Below are positions 56,683 through 64,000 of a DNA stretch of 64,000 nt, piece by piece. The notes under the pieces were generated by a model that saw only the letters and a program-made list of their open reading frames with translations, made no database searches and was not told the DNA's origin. Source of the DNA: an uncultured Chloroflexia bacterium (GTDB lineage: Bacteria > Chloroflexota > Limnocylindria > Limnocylindrales > CSP1-4); assembly GCA_963816675.1 (NCBI GenBank), contig CAWFLS010000003.1:100815-164814 (forward strand), read 5' to 3'. Every line of letters starts with the position of its first letter. The first letter of the stretch is position 1. The translations under genes and the position numbers were made by a program.

Positions 56683-57660
56683 TCAGTCCTCGAGGAGCGC
56701 CCGCAGTTCTCCGATCCGGGCGATCGTCTCGAGGTCGTACGGTGCGGGCATCCGCACGATGACGTGCCGGAACCCAAGCTCGTCGCGGTACGGCCGGATC
56801 GCGGCGGCGATGTCCTCCGGCGGACCGACGAGATTGGGCACTGTGCCGCCGACGGGTGTCTCGTTGAGCTTCATTTTCTCGGCGTAGGCGGTCTCGGCCG
56901 CCTCTCGTGTGTCGCGGATCACGATCGGGAAGCTGACCGTCCGTTCGATCTCGGCCGGGTCGCGGCCGATCTCCTCGCATCGCCGCTCGAGGTTCGCGAC
57001 GTTCGTCCGCACCTCCTCGAGCGTGCCGTTGGTGTTCCAGGCGTCTGCATATCGAGCCGCCGTCCGAAGCGTCTTCGTCGGACCCGAACCGCCGACGAGG
57101 ATCGGCAGGCGCGGCTGGACCGGCCGTGGCTCGCAGAGCGCGTCGTGCATCCGATAGAACCGGCCGTCGTGCTCGGCGATCCGCTCGCCGTCGAGCAGCC
57201 GGCGCAGGAGCATCACTGCCTCGTCGAACCGGTCGAGCCGCTCGCCGACGCTCGCTCCGAAGTCGATGCCGAAGGCGTCGTGCTCCCGCTCGAACCAGGC
57301 GCCCCCGATGCCCAGGATCGCCCGGCCGTCGCTGATGTGGTCGAGGGTCGTGGCGAGCTTCGCGGTAACGCCCGGATTCCGGAAGGTGTTGGCGCCGACC
57401 ATGAGCCCAAGCCGGATCCGCTTCGTCACGGCAGCGAGACCGGCGAGCGCCATCCAGCCTTCGAAGATCGGCTGTTCCCACGGACCGAAGATCGCGAGCA
57501 GGTGGTCCCACGTCCAGACGTCGTCCCAGCCGGCGTCGTCGGCAGCGATCGCGGCGTCGCGAAAATCGGCCCACGAGCTGTGCTGGGACCACAGCTGGGC
57601 GCCGAACCGGAACGGCCGGGTCGTCTCGCCACCAGCGACACCGGCGTCCACGGCGCTCAT
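56683..57660 (-). CDS. LLM-class F420-dependent oxidoreductase (luciferase-like monooxygenase family)
   Basis: MSAVDAGVAGGETTRPFRFGAQLW...LGLMVGANTFRNPGVTAKLATTLDHISDGRAILGIGGAWFEREH... reads intact along its whole length. Confidence 0.85.
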   Translation of the reverse strand: MSAVDAGVAGGETTRPFRFGAQLWSQHSSWADFRDAAIAADDAGWDDVWTWDHLLAIFGPWEQPIFEGWMALAGLAAVTKRIRLGLMVGANTFRNPGVTAKLATTLDHISDGRAILGIGGAWFEREHDAFGIDFGASVGERLDRFDEAVMLLRRLLDGERIAEHDGRFYRMHDALCEPRPVQPRLPILVGGSGPTKTLRTAARYADAWNTNGTLEEVRTNVANLERRCEEIGRDPAEIERTVSFPIVIRDTREAAETAYAEKMKLNETPVGGTVPNLVGPPEDIAAAIRPYRDELGFRHVIVRMPAPYDLETIARIGELRALLED

Positions 57661-58593
57661 CGGGTGATGAGCTCCCGGACCTCGGTCGCGAACCGCGTCA
57701 TCGACTCCTCGTCGTACGGCGGGGGGAACCCGGCGATCAGGTGCCGGTACCCGATGTCGAGGAACGGCCGGATCCGTTCCGCGACGTCCTCCGGCGTACC
57801 GACGGGCTGATCCTTCCACCGCTCGGCCTTGCCGTTGCGCTCGAACATCTCCGCGTGCACCCGCTCAGCCTCGGCCCGGGAATCCCGGATGACGACGCTG
57901 CCGAGCCCGGTCGTGCGCTCGATCTCGGCCGGATCCCGCCCGACGGTCTCGCAATGCTGAACGAGGATCGCCTCCTTCCGCTTGACGTTCTCGAGCCCGC
58001 CCCCGACGTTGTTGGCGTCGCCATAGCGGGCGACGAGCTTGAGGGTCACCTGCTCCCCGCCACCACCGATGAGGAGCGGCAGCCGCTCCTGGATCGGCGG
58101 CGGATCGTTCCGGACGTCCTTAGCTGAGTAGCGCGGACCGGCCGCCGTCGGGCGCTCGCCGTGAAGCATCCCGCGCATGATCGGGAGGGCCTCGCCCAGC
58201 CACCGAAGCCGTTCCGGGAAGCCGCTGCCGTACGCCAGACCGTACGCGACGTGCTCGGTCTCGAACCAGGCGCCACCGATGCCGAGGATCGCCCGGCCGT
58301 TCGAGATGTGGTCGAGCGTCGTTGCCATCTTGGCCGTCAGGGCCGGTTCGCGGAACGTGTTCGCGCCCACCATCAGGCCCATCCGGATCCGTTCGGTCGC
58401 CTGCGCCCAGGCGGCGAGTGTCAGCCAGCCCTCGAAGATCGGACCCTCAGGGCTTCCGACGATCGGATAGAGGTGGTCCCACGTCCACAGCGTGTCGTAG
58501 CCGAGGCGGTCCGCCCGCTGGCCAGCCTCGAGCAGTTCGGGCCAGGTCGCGTACTGGTTCCAGCACAGCGCGCCGAGTCGGATATCGCTCATG
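57657..58593 (-). CDS. LLM-class F420-dependent oxidoreductase; a tandem paralogue
   Basis: MSDIRLGALCW...MGLMVGANTFREPALTAKMATTLDHISNGRAILGIGGAWFETEH... The ATGA overlap with the downstream paralogue indicates translational coupling. Confidence 0.85.
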
Positions 58594-58740
58594 GTGCCTC
58601 CTGGAGGGGTCACAGGGATGGGTCACAACGGATGGGTCGTCAAGCGTAATCGGCGACGCTCCAACCCGAGACGCCACCGGCGCGCCGAGCAGCCCCGCCG
58701 GCGTTGCAAACCACTCATCGGCGTGAGGATCGAGCCCGCG

Positions 58741-59124
58741 TCACAGATCCAGGTGCAGTCGAAGGGCGTCGTCGACTCGGGCGAGGACCGACGCCGGGAC
58801 CACGCCGACTCGATCGCCGACGCGGGCAAGGTCGATCGAGCGAACCTGTTCCGCCTGGGCCTTCGAATCTGTCGGCAGCCCTGTCGAGCCGGCAGAAAGG
58901 GCGACCTGGAACGGATAGATCCGCTCCGTGTTCGAGGTGATCGGAACGACGGTAACTACGCCGCGCCCCGTCCGCGATGCGGTCATGTTCGCGATGTCGT
59001 TGCTGACGACGATGGCCGGACGTCGCTTGTCTGCCTCTGAGCCGCGCACCGGCTCGAGATCGACCCAGTGGATGTCCCCGCGACGGATCAACGACCGAGG
59101 CCGTCCTTCGACGTCTCGTCCCAC
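58741..59124 (-). CDS. mazF: MazF/PemK-family endoribonuclease toxin
   Basis: IRRGDIHWVDLEPVRGSEADKRRPAIVVSND...VVTVVPITSN...SKAQAEQVRSIDLARV is the MazF fold signature. Confidence 0.8.
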   Translation of the reverse strand: MGRDVEGRPRSLIRRGDIHWVDLEPVRGSEADKRRPAIVVSNDIANMTASRTGRGVVTVVPITSNTERIYPFQVALSAGSTGLPTDSKAQAEQVRSIDLARVGDRVGVVPASVLARVDDALRLHLDL

Positions 59125-59309
59125 AGCTCAGCGTCTTTGGACGACCCCCACTCGTCCCAGGCGCCCTCGTATGCCGCGCTCAGCTCGCCGGTCCTGAGCA
59201 GGTGGACTGCCTGCTGAAGGGCCGCCGACCGCGAGTCGAGGTGCCGCTCTCGGACATAGGCGTCGAGGAACTCCACATCCTCGCCTGGGAGGCTGACACT
59301 GACTTTCAC
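59088..59309 (-). CDS. mazE: MazE-like ribbon-helix-helix antitoxin
   Basis: MKVSVSLPGEDVEFLDAYVRERHLDSRSAALQQAVHLLR is an RHH domain. The gene overlaps the toxin start by 37 nt. Confidence 0.7.
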   Translation of the reverse strand: MKVSVSLPGEDVEFLDAYVRERHLDSRSAALQQAVHLLRTGELSAAYEGAWDEWGSSKDAELWDETSKDGLGR

Positions 59310-59351
59310 AGCCTTGATGCTACCACGTTGCTACCGCGGTAGCAATCGTCG

Positions 59352-59732
59352 TCAGCCGGCGCGGTACTGCACCTGGGAACCGATCACGGCCCGCAGCCAC
59401 GGCGCCGACGCCTCTTCGACCGAGCGCACCTTGACGTGGCGGATCCGCTTGCCCGAGCCCTCGATCCGGCCGTCGGGGTTCGGAAGGTCGACACCGTCTG
59501 CGAGCTGCAGGTTCACGTGGGCGCGGTGCGGGATGATCGCGAACAGCAGGTCGCGCATCGACCGCTTCGAGCCGATCGCCAGCAGCCCGTTCCCCGGGTC
59601 GAACCACTCCACGGCTCCCGGAAAGCTGGCGAGCACCGTTCGGCGGAGGGTGCGGGCGATCTCTGCGACGTCGCGTGCGGTCGCGTCGAGATGGCGGTCG
59701 AACGCCACGGCGTCCTCCGACAGATCCGTCAC
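59352..59732 (-). CDS. DUF1801 (YdhG-like) domain protein
   Basis: MTDLSEDAVAFDRHLDATARDVAEIARTLRRTVLASFPGAVEWFDPGNGLLAIGSKRSMRDLLFAIIPHRAHVNL is the DUF1801 pattern. It is a second copy in this window; the first is at 40365-40751. Confidence 0.55.
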   Translation of the reverse strand: MTDLSEDAVAFDRHLDATARDVAEIARTLRRTVLASFPGAVEWFDPGNGLLAIGSKRSMRDLLFAIIPHRAHVNLQLADGVDLPNPDGRIEGSGKRIRHVKVRSVEEASAPWLRAVIGSQVQYRAG

Positions 59733-62266
59733 CGGACGACGAGGTTGACCAGCCTGCCGCCGCCTGCGACCACGATCCGGTCAGGCTGGCGCCCATCAAG
59801 GAGCGCCACGATCCGCTCGCGCGCGAGGACGGCCGCCTGGATGTCGGCGTCGGTCGCATCGGCCGGGACCGTGACCTTGTCGCGCAGCTTCCCGTTGACC
59901 TGGACCGGCACTTCGCGAGTGGACTCGACGATCGCGCTCGCGTCGACGGCGGGCCACGTCTCGGTGTGAATAGACGACCACGGAGCGTCCGATGCCGCCA
60001 GAAGACGGCCCCAGAGCTCCTCGGTGATGTGGGGCGCAGCGGGCGCCAGCATCAGCAGCAGCAGCCGGACCGCCTCGTCCCACGCCGCTGACCCAGCCAC
60101 CGGCGTCCCGCGGTACCGGTACAGGACGTTCGCCAGCTCCATCAGCTTGGCGACCATGACGTTGAACCGGAACGCCTCGTAGTCGGCGGTCACGTCACGG
60201 AGCGTTCGGTGGGCAGCGGTGCGCAGGACGGCCTCAGCGTCGGACTCAGCCTGGCCGGCCGGCATCGTCCCGGACTCCGCGTCGCCCGGCTCGCGCCCGG
60301 CTGGGTCGAGGACGATCGTCCACACCCGGTTGAGGAATCGATGGACGCCGCCGATCCCGGTCGGGCTCCACGGCCCACCCTGATCCCAGGGACCCATGAA
60401 CATCAGGAACAGGCGGATCGAGTCGGCACCGTGGCGGGCGACGAGATCGTCCGGGTCCTGAGTGTTGCCACGAGATTTCGACATCCGCTCGCCGTCGGCA
60501 CCCAGGATCTGGCCCTGGTTGAACAGTCGCCGCCACGGCTCGTTCTGCTGGACCAGTCCGACGTCGCGCATCATCTTGGTGAACTCGCGCGCGTAGAGCA
60601 GGTGCATCACGGCGTGCTCGGCACCGCCGGTGTACTGCTCGACCGGCGTCCATGTCTCGACGAGGTCGGGGTCGAACGGCACGTCCACCGCGTGCGGCGA
60701 CAGGTAGCGATACCAGTACCAGCTCGAGTCGACGAACGTGTCCATCGTGTCGGTCTCGCGCTTTGCCGGCCCGCCGCATCGCGGGCAAGTGACGTTCAGG
60801 AACGCCTGGTCCCGGGTGAGCGGGTTGACGCCGTGGCCGCCGTAGTCGACGGTGTCCGGCAGGAGGACCGGCAGGTCCTCGTCGGGGACCGGCACGATGC
60901 CATCGGTCGGGCAGTGGATGACCGGGATCGGCGTGCCCCAGTAGCGCTGGCGGCTGATCAGCCAGTCGCGCAGCCGGTAGGTGACCGCGGCCCGACCCGC
61001 CCCTTGCCGCTCCAGGTCGGCGATGATCCGCCGTCCGCCCTCGTCGGCCGGAAGGCCGGAGTAGTCGCCGCTGTTCACCAGCCGCTCGCCCTCGGCGTGG
61101 GCGATATAGGCGCCGTCGAGCTCCGTGTCCTCGTCCCCGGGTGCGGCAACGACCCGTCGGATCGGCAGGCCGAACTTCTCGGCGAACTCGTAGTCGCGGA
61201 CGTCGTGGGCCGGGACCGCCATGATCGCGCCCGTCCCGTAGCCCGCGAGGACGTAGTCGGCGACGAAGATCGGGATCCGCTCGCCGTTGACGGGGTTGAT
61301 GGCATCGGCTCCGATCGCCAGACCCGTCTTCTCGCGGTCCGTCGACAGTCGGTCGATCTCGGTCCGAACCGCGGCCTGGGCGACGTACGCCTCGACCTCG
61401 GACCGCCGATCGGGCGCGGTCAGCGTCGCGACGAGCGGGTGCTCGGGCGCGAGGACCATGAACGTGGCACCGAACAGCGTGTCGGGTCGGGTGGTGAAGA
61501 CGCGCAGCTCCTCGCCGCCGGGATGGTGGTCGGACGGCGCCGTCTCGAACACGATCTCGCCGCCTTCGGACCGGCCGATCCAGTTCGTCTGCATCACCCG
61601 GATCGGCTCGGGGAAGTCGATCCCGCCGAAGTCGAGCAGTTCGTCGGCGTACTTCGTGACGCGCAGGTACCACTGGTCAAGCTCGCGCTTCTCGACCTTG
61701 GCGCCGCATCGCCAGCAGTGACGGTCGGCGCCCTCGACCTGCTCGCGGGCGAGCGTGCCGTCGTTCGGGCACCAATCGACCGGCGACTTGGCACGGTACG
61801 CCAGACCGGCCTCGAGGAACCGCAGGAACAGCCACTGGTTCCACTTGTAGTACTCGGGGTCGCAGGTGACGACCTCCGCCGACCAGTCGAACGTCGCACC
61901 CATCGATCGGAACTGGCGGCGCATGTTCTCGATGTTCCGCATCGTCCATTCCCGCGGATTGAAGCCGCCCTTGATCGCGGCGTTCTCGGCCGGCAGCCCG
62001 AACGCATCGAACCCGATCGGCAGGAAGACGTTCTTGCCGTGCATCCGCTGGAAGCGGGCGATCGCGTCAGTCGGGGTGACGATGTACCAGTGACCGATGT
62101 GCAGGTCACCCGAGGGATAGGGGTACATCGTCAGCAGGTAATAGCGGTTCCTGGCATCGGCCAGGTCCGTCTCGTGCATCCCCAGCTCGTCCCAGCGCGC
62201 CTGCCAGCGCGGCTCGATCGCGGTCGGGTCGTAGCGCTCGGTACGGGTGCGAGGTTCGGAGGTCAC
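59729..62266 (-). CDS. leuS: Leucine--tRNA ligase; an intact ORF of 845 aa
   Basis: The HIGH motif is PYPSGDLHIGH. The CP1 editing domain follows. The KMSKS motif is ERMSKSRGN. A full-length class I LeuS match reads in a single frame. Confidence 0.95.
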   Translation of the reverse strand: MTSEPRTRTERYDPTAIEPRWQARWDELGMHETDLADARNRYYLLTMYPYPSGDLHIGHWYIVTPTDAIARFQRMHGKNVFLPIGFDAFGLPAENAAIKGGFNPREWTMRNIENMRRQFRSMGATFDWSAEVVTCDPEYYKWNQWLFLRFLEAGLAYRAKSPVDWCPNDGTLAREQVEGADRHCWRCGAKVEKRELDQWYLRVTKYADELLDFGGIDFPEPIRVMQTNWIGRSEGGEIVFETAPSDHHPGGEELRVFTTRPDTLFGATFMVLAPEHPLVATLTAPDRRSEVEAYVAQAAVRTEIDRLSTDREKTGLAIGADAINPVNGERIPIFVADYVLAGYGTGAIMAVPAHDVRDYEFAEKFGLPIRRVVAAPGDEDTELDGAYIAHAEGERLVNSGDYSGLPADEGGRRIIADLERQGAGRAAVTYRLRDWLISRQRYWGTPIPVIHCPTDGIVPVPDEDLPVLLPDTVDYGGHGVNPLTRDQAFLNVTCPRCGGPAKRETDTMDTFVDSSWYWYRYLSPHAVDVPFDPDLVETWTPVEQYTGGAEHAVMHLLYAREFTKMMRDVGLVQQNEPWRRLFNQGQILGADGERMSKSRGNTQDPDDLVARHGADSIRLFLMFMGPWDQGGPWSPTGIGGVHRFLNRVWTIVLDPAGREPGDAESGTMPAGQAESDAEAVLRTAAHRTLRDVTADYEAFRFNVMVAKLMELANVLYRYRGTPVAGSAAWDEAVRLLLLMLAPAAPHITEELWGRLLAASDAPWSSIHTETWPAVDASAIVESTREVPVQVNGKLRDKVTVPADATDADIQAAVLARERIVALLDGRQPDRIVVAGGGRLVNLVVR

Positions 62267-62645
62267 GCGCCAATCGTATCTATCGGGCGGTCTTCTCGCG
62301 CGAGGACGCTACGTGAGGACCTCCGTCGCCCGGATGATCGGTCGGATCTGGACCCTCAAGCTCGCGGGCGGCGAATCCGCCTCATTCAACGTGACGATCA
62401 CAAACGTCAGAGTGCGCCGGTCGGTGCTGGCGGTTCGGCTCCCTCACGTGGGACGCGCGGCGGCTACAGGTCCGCAGCCGGATCGCCGTCCAGGGTGCGC
62501 TCTTCCAGGCGCCCGATGAGGTGTCCGGGAAGTGCGCCTGCGGCTCACTCGGGTTCGACGTGCGCTTCGGCTACACCAGGTCGTACACCGCAGGTGCGCA
62601 TGGCGTCGTGGCGGCGACCGTCACCCATGCGACCGTCCGTCAGGT

Positions 62646-62721
62646 TGGTGGAGCTACGGGGACTCGAACCCCGGACCCCCTGCATGCCATGCAGGTGCTC
62701 TTCCAGCTGAGCTATAGCCCC
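62646..62721 (-). tRNA. tRNA-Ala with anticodon GGC
   Basis: The reverse complement GGGGCTATAGCTCAGCTGGAAGAGCACCTGCATGGCATGCAGGGGGTCCGGGGTTCGAGTCCCCGTAGCTCCACCA folds as a cloverleaf. It has a 7-bp acceptor stem, a G3:U70-like Ala identity context, the anticodon loop AUGGCAU, T-loop TTCGAGT, and an encoded CCA. Confidence 0.85.
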
Positions 62722-62768
62722 ACGGGAGGCCGAGTCTACCAGAGGTCCGACGTGGCACCATCTGCCCG

Positions 62769-64000
62769 ATGGCCACCTTCGACCTGGTGCTGCGAGGCGG
62801 CGTGCTGATCGATGGCACCGGGTCGCCGGGACGGCGCGCCGACGTGGGGATCAGCGGAGACCGGATCACCGCGGTCGGGGACCTCTCGGCGGTCGACGGC
62901 GCCGGAACTCACGTCCTCGAATGCGCCGGCCGCGTCGTCGCCCCCGGGTTCATCGATCCGCACGGCCATTCCGACGGCTCCCTGCTCGTGGACGGGATGC
63001 TCGCGAGCCACCTGCACCAGGGGTTCACGACCCAGCTGTCGGGCAACTGCGGTGGTTCGCTGGCTCCGGTCACCGACGCCGGGCTGGACCACGTGGAGCT
63101 GCTCCTCCGACCCGACCAGGTCGTCCTGCGCTGGAGGACGTTTGCCGAGTACATGGACCTTGTCGACCAGCAGCCTCTCGGTCTCAACGTGGCGTTCCTC
63201 GTCGGCCAGGGGACGATCCGCGGGTCTGTCCTCGGTGCCGAATCACGTGTTCCAACGGACACGGAGCTCGGCGCGATGGTCGCGGAGGTCGAGGCCGCGA
63301 TGGATGCCGGGGCATTCGGGCTGTCGTCGGGACTGATCTACGCGCCGGGGATGCACGCGAGGACCGCTGAGCTCGCCGCCCTCGTTCGGACGACGGCGGC
63401 CCACGGTGGTCTGTACGCGACCCACATGCGCAACGAGGCGAGCGGCCTTTTCGGCGCCCTCGACGAGGCGATCGCCACCGTCCGTGACGCCGGTCCCGGT
63501 GCCCGCCTCCAGGTCTCGCATCTCAAATGCGCCTCCCGGGCGGTGTGGGGCCGCGCCGGTGAGGCGATCGCCCGTCTCGAAGCGGCCCGCTCGGAGGGTC
63601 TCGACGTCGCCGCCGACCAGTACCCCTACACCGCGGCCAACACCAGCCTCGAGACGGTCCTCCCGCCCGAGCTGCTCGCACTCGGCGTCGATGGATCGGT
63701 CCAGGCACTCGCTGATCGCGACACACGTGGACGGGCCCGATCGGAGATCCAGGACGGCAACTCGAGCTGGGAGAACGTGACCGCCGACCCGGGCTGGGAC
63801 GGCATCCGGATCGCGTACGCACCGAGCCACCCGGAGTGGTCGGGCCGCTCGATCGCCGAGCTCGCCCGGCAGATGGATCGCGACCCGGTCGACCTCGCCT
63901 TCGACGCGCTGATCGATGACCGACTCGATGTCTCGATCATCATCGACTGCATGGACGAGCGCGACGTCGAGACGATCATGGCCATCCCGTGGATCGCGGT
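62769..64000 (+). CDS. N-acyl-D-amino-acid deacylase (D-aminoacylase) family amidohydrolase; 3'-truncated at the window edge
   Basis: An open frame runs from the ATG at 62769 to the end of the window. It reads MATFDLVLRGGVLIDGTGSPGRRADVGISGDRITAVGDL...VVAPGFIDPHGHSDGSLL...QGFTTQLSGNCGGS, which contains the amidohydrolase HxH motif. It is absent from the ORF track because no stop codon lies within the window. Confidence 0.8.
   Translation, partial: MATFDLVLRGGVLIDGTGSPGRRADVGISGDRITAVGDLSAVDGAGTHVLECAGRVVAPGFIDPHGHSDGSLLVDGMLASHLHQGFTTQLSGNCGGSLAPVTDAGLDHVELLLRPDQVVLRWRTFAEYMDLVDQQPLGLNVAFLVGQGTIRGSVLGAESRVPTDTELGAMVAEVEAAMDAGAFGLSSGLIYAPGMHARTAELAALVRTTAAHGGLYATHMRNEASGLFGALDEAIATVRDAGPGARLQVSHLKCASRAVWGRAGEAIARLEAARSEGLDVAADQYPYTAANTSLETVLPPELLALGVDGSVQALADRDTRGRARSEIQDGNSSWENVTADPGWDGIRIAYAPSHPEWSGRSIAELARQMDRDPVDLAFDALIDDRLDVSIIIDCMDERDVETIMAIPWIA

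Noticed and set aside
62280-62640. Looked for a T-box or other leader RNA upstream of leuS
   Set aside because: No T-box consensus (AATTAGGGTGGTACCGCG-like) or specifier-loop arrangement could be discerned. The region contains the tRNA-Ala instead.
60209-62710. ORFs of 833 and 475 aa overlapping leuS
   Set aside because: These are antisense or off-frame shadows of the intact leuS ORF.

Overview
This window is a high-GC (about 70%) chromosomal segment that looks like Actinomycetota. The evidence is F420-dependent LLM oxidoreductases, high GC3, a Rho without a long N-terminal insert, overlapping ATGA/GTGA stop-start junctions, and widespread GTG starts. It is mostly core metabolism and housekeeping.

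On the minus strand at 0.3-8.4 kb there is a pentose-phosphate operon: tkt, rpiB, pgi, a short-type gnd, zwf and the 5' part of opcA. A vapBC toxin-antitoxin pair sits inside it, between tkt and rpiB.

Divergent from tkt is a pseudouridine catabolism pair, psuK-psuG. Next come a hypothetical protein, a DMT transporter, a HAD hydrolase and a nitroreductase. Two paralogous secreted proteins share a roughly 110-aa domain, and one of them lies next to an ECF sigma/anti-sigma pair. These are followed by pyrG and a short transaldolase.

From 22.9 to 37.4 kb there is a long sugar-catabolic locus under a divergent ROK-family regulator. It carries an ABC importer, a ROK kinase, nagA, a SIS protein, three Gfo/Idh/MocA oxidoreductases, a xylose-isomerase-like TIM-barrel protein and deoC. 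A MetE-like, PTE and SDR cluster follows it.

The remainder holds rho, an M23/LysM peptidase, obg-nadD-rsfS, holA, an HD YqeK-like protein, comEC and comEA. After these come a lectin-like beta-propeller repeat protein, two tandem small hydrophobic peptides, a CGNR zinc-finger protein, two tandem F420-type LLM oxidoreductases, a mazEF pair, leuS, tRNA-Ala(GGC) and a 3'-truncated D-aminoacylase-like gene.

Many conserved genes in 0-53 kb read across two or three frames. This points to homopolymer indel errors or gene decay, so most coordinates there are approximate. leuS, the LLM pair, the ROK regulator and the CGNR protein are intact. No CRISPR array, integrase or transposase was seen.
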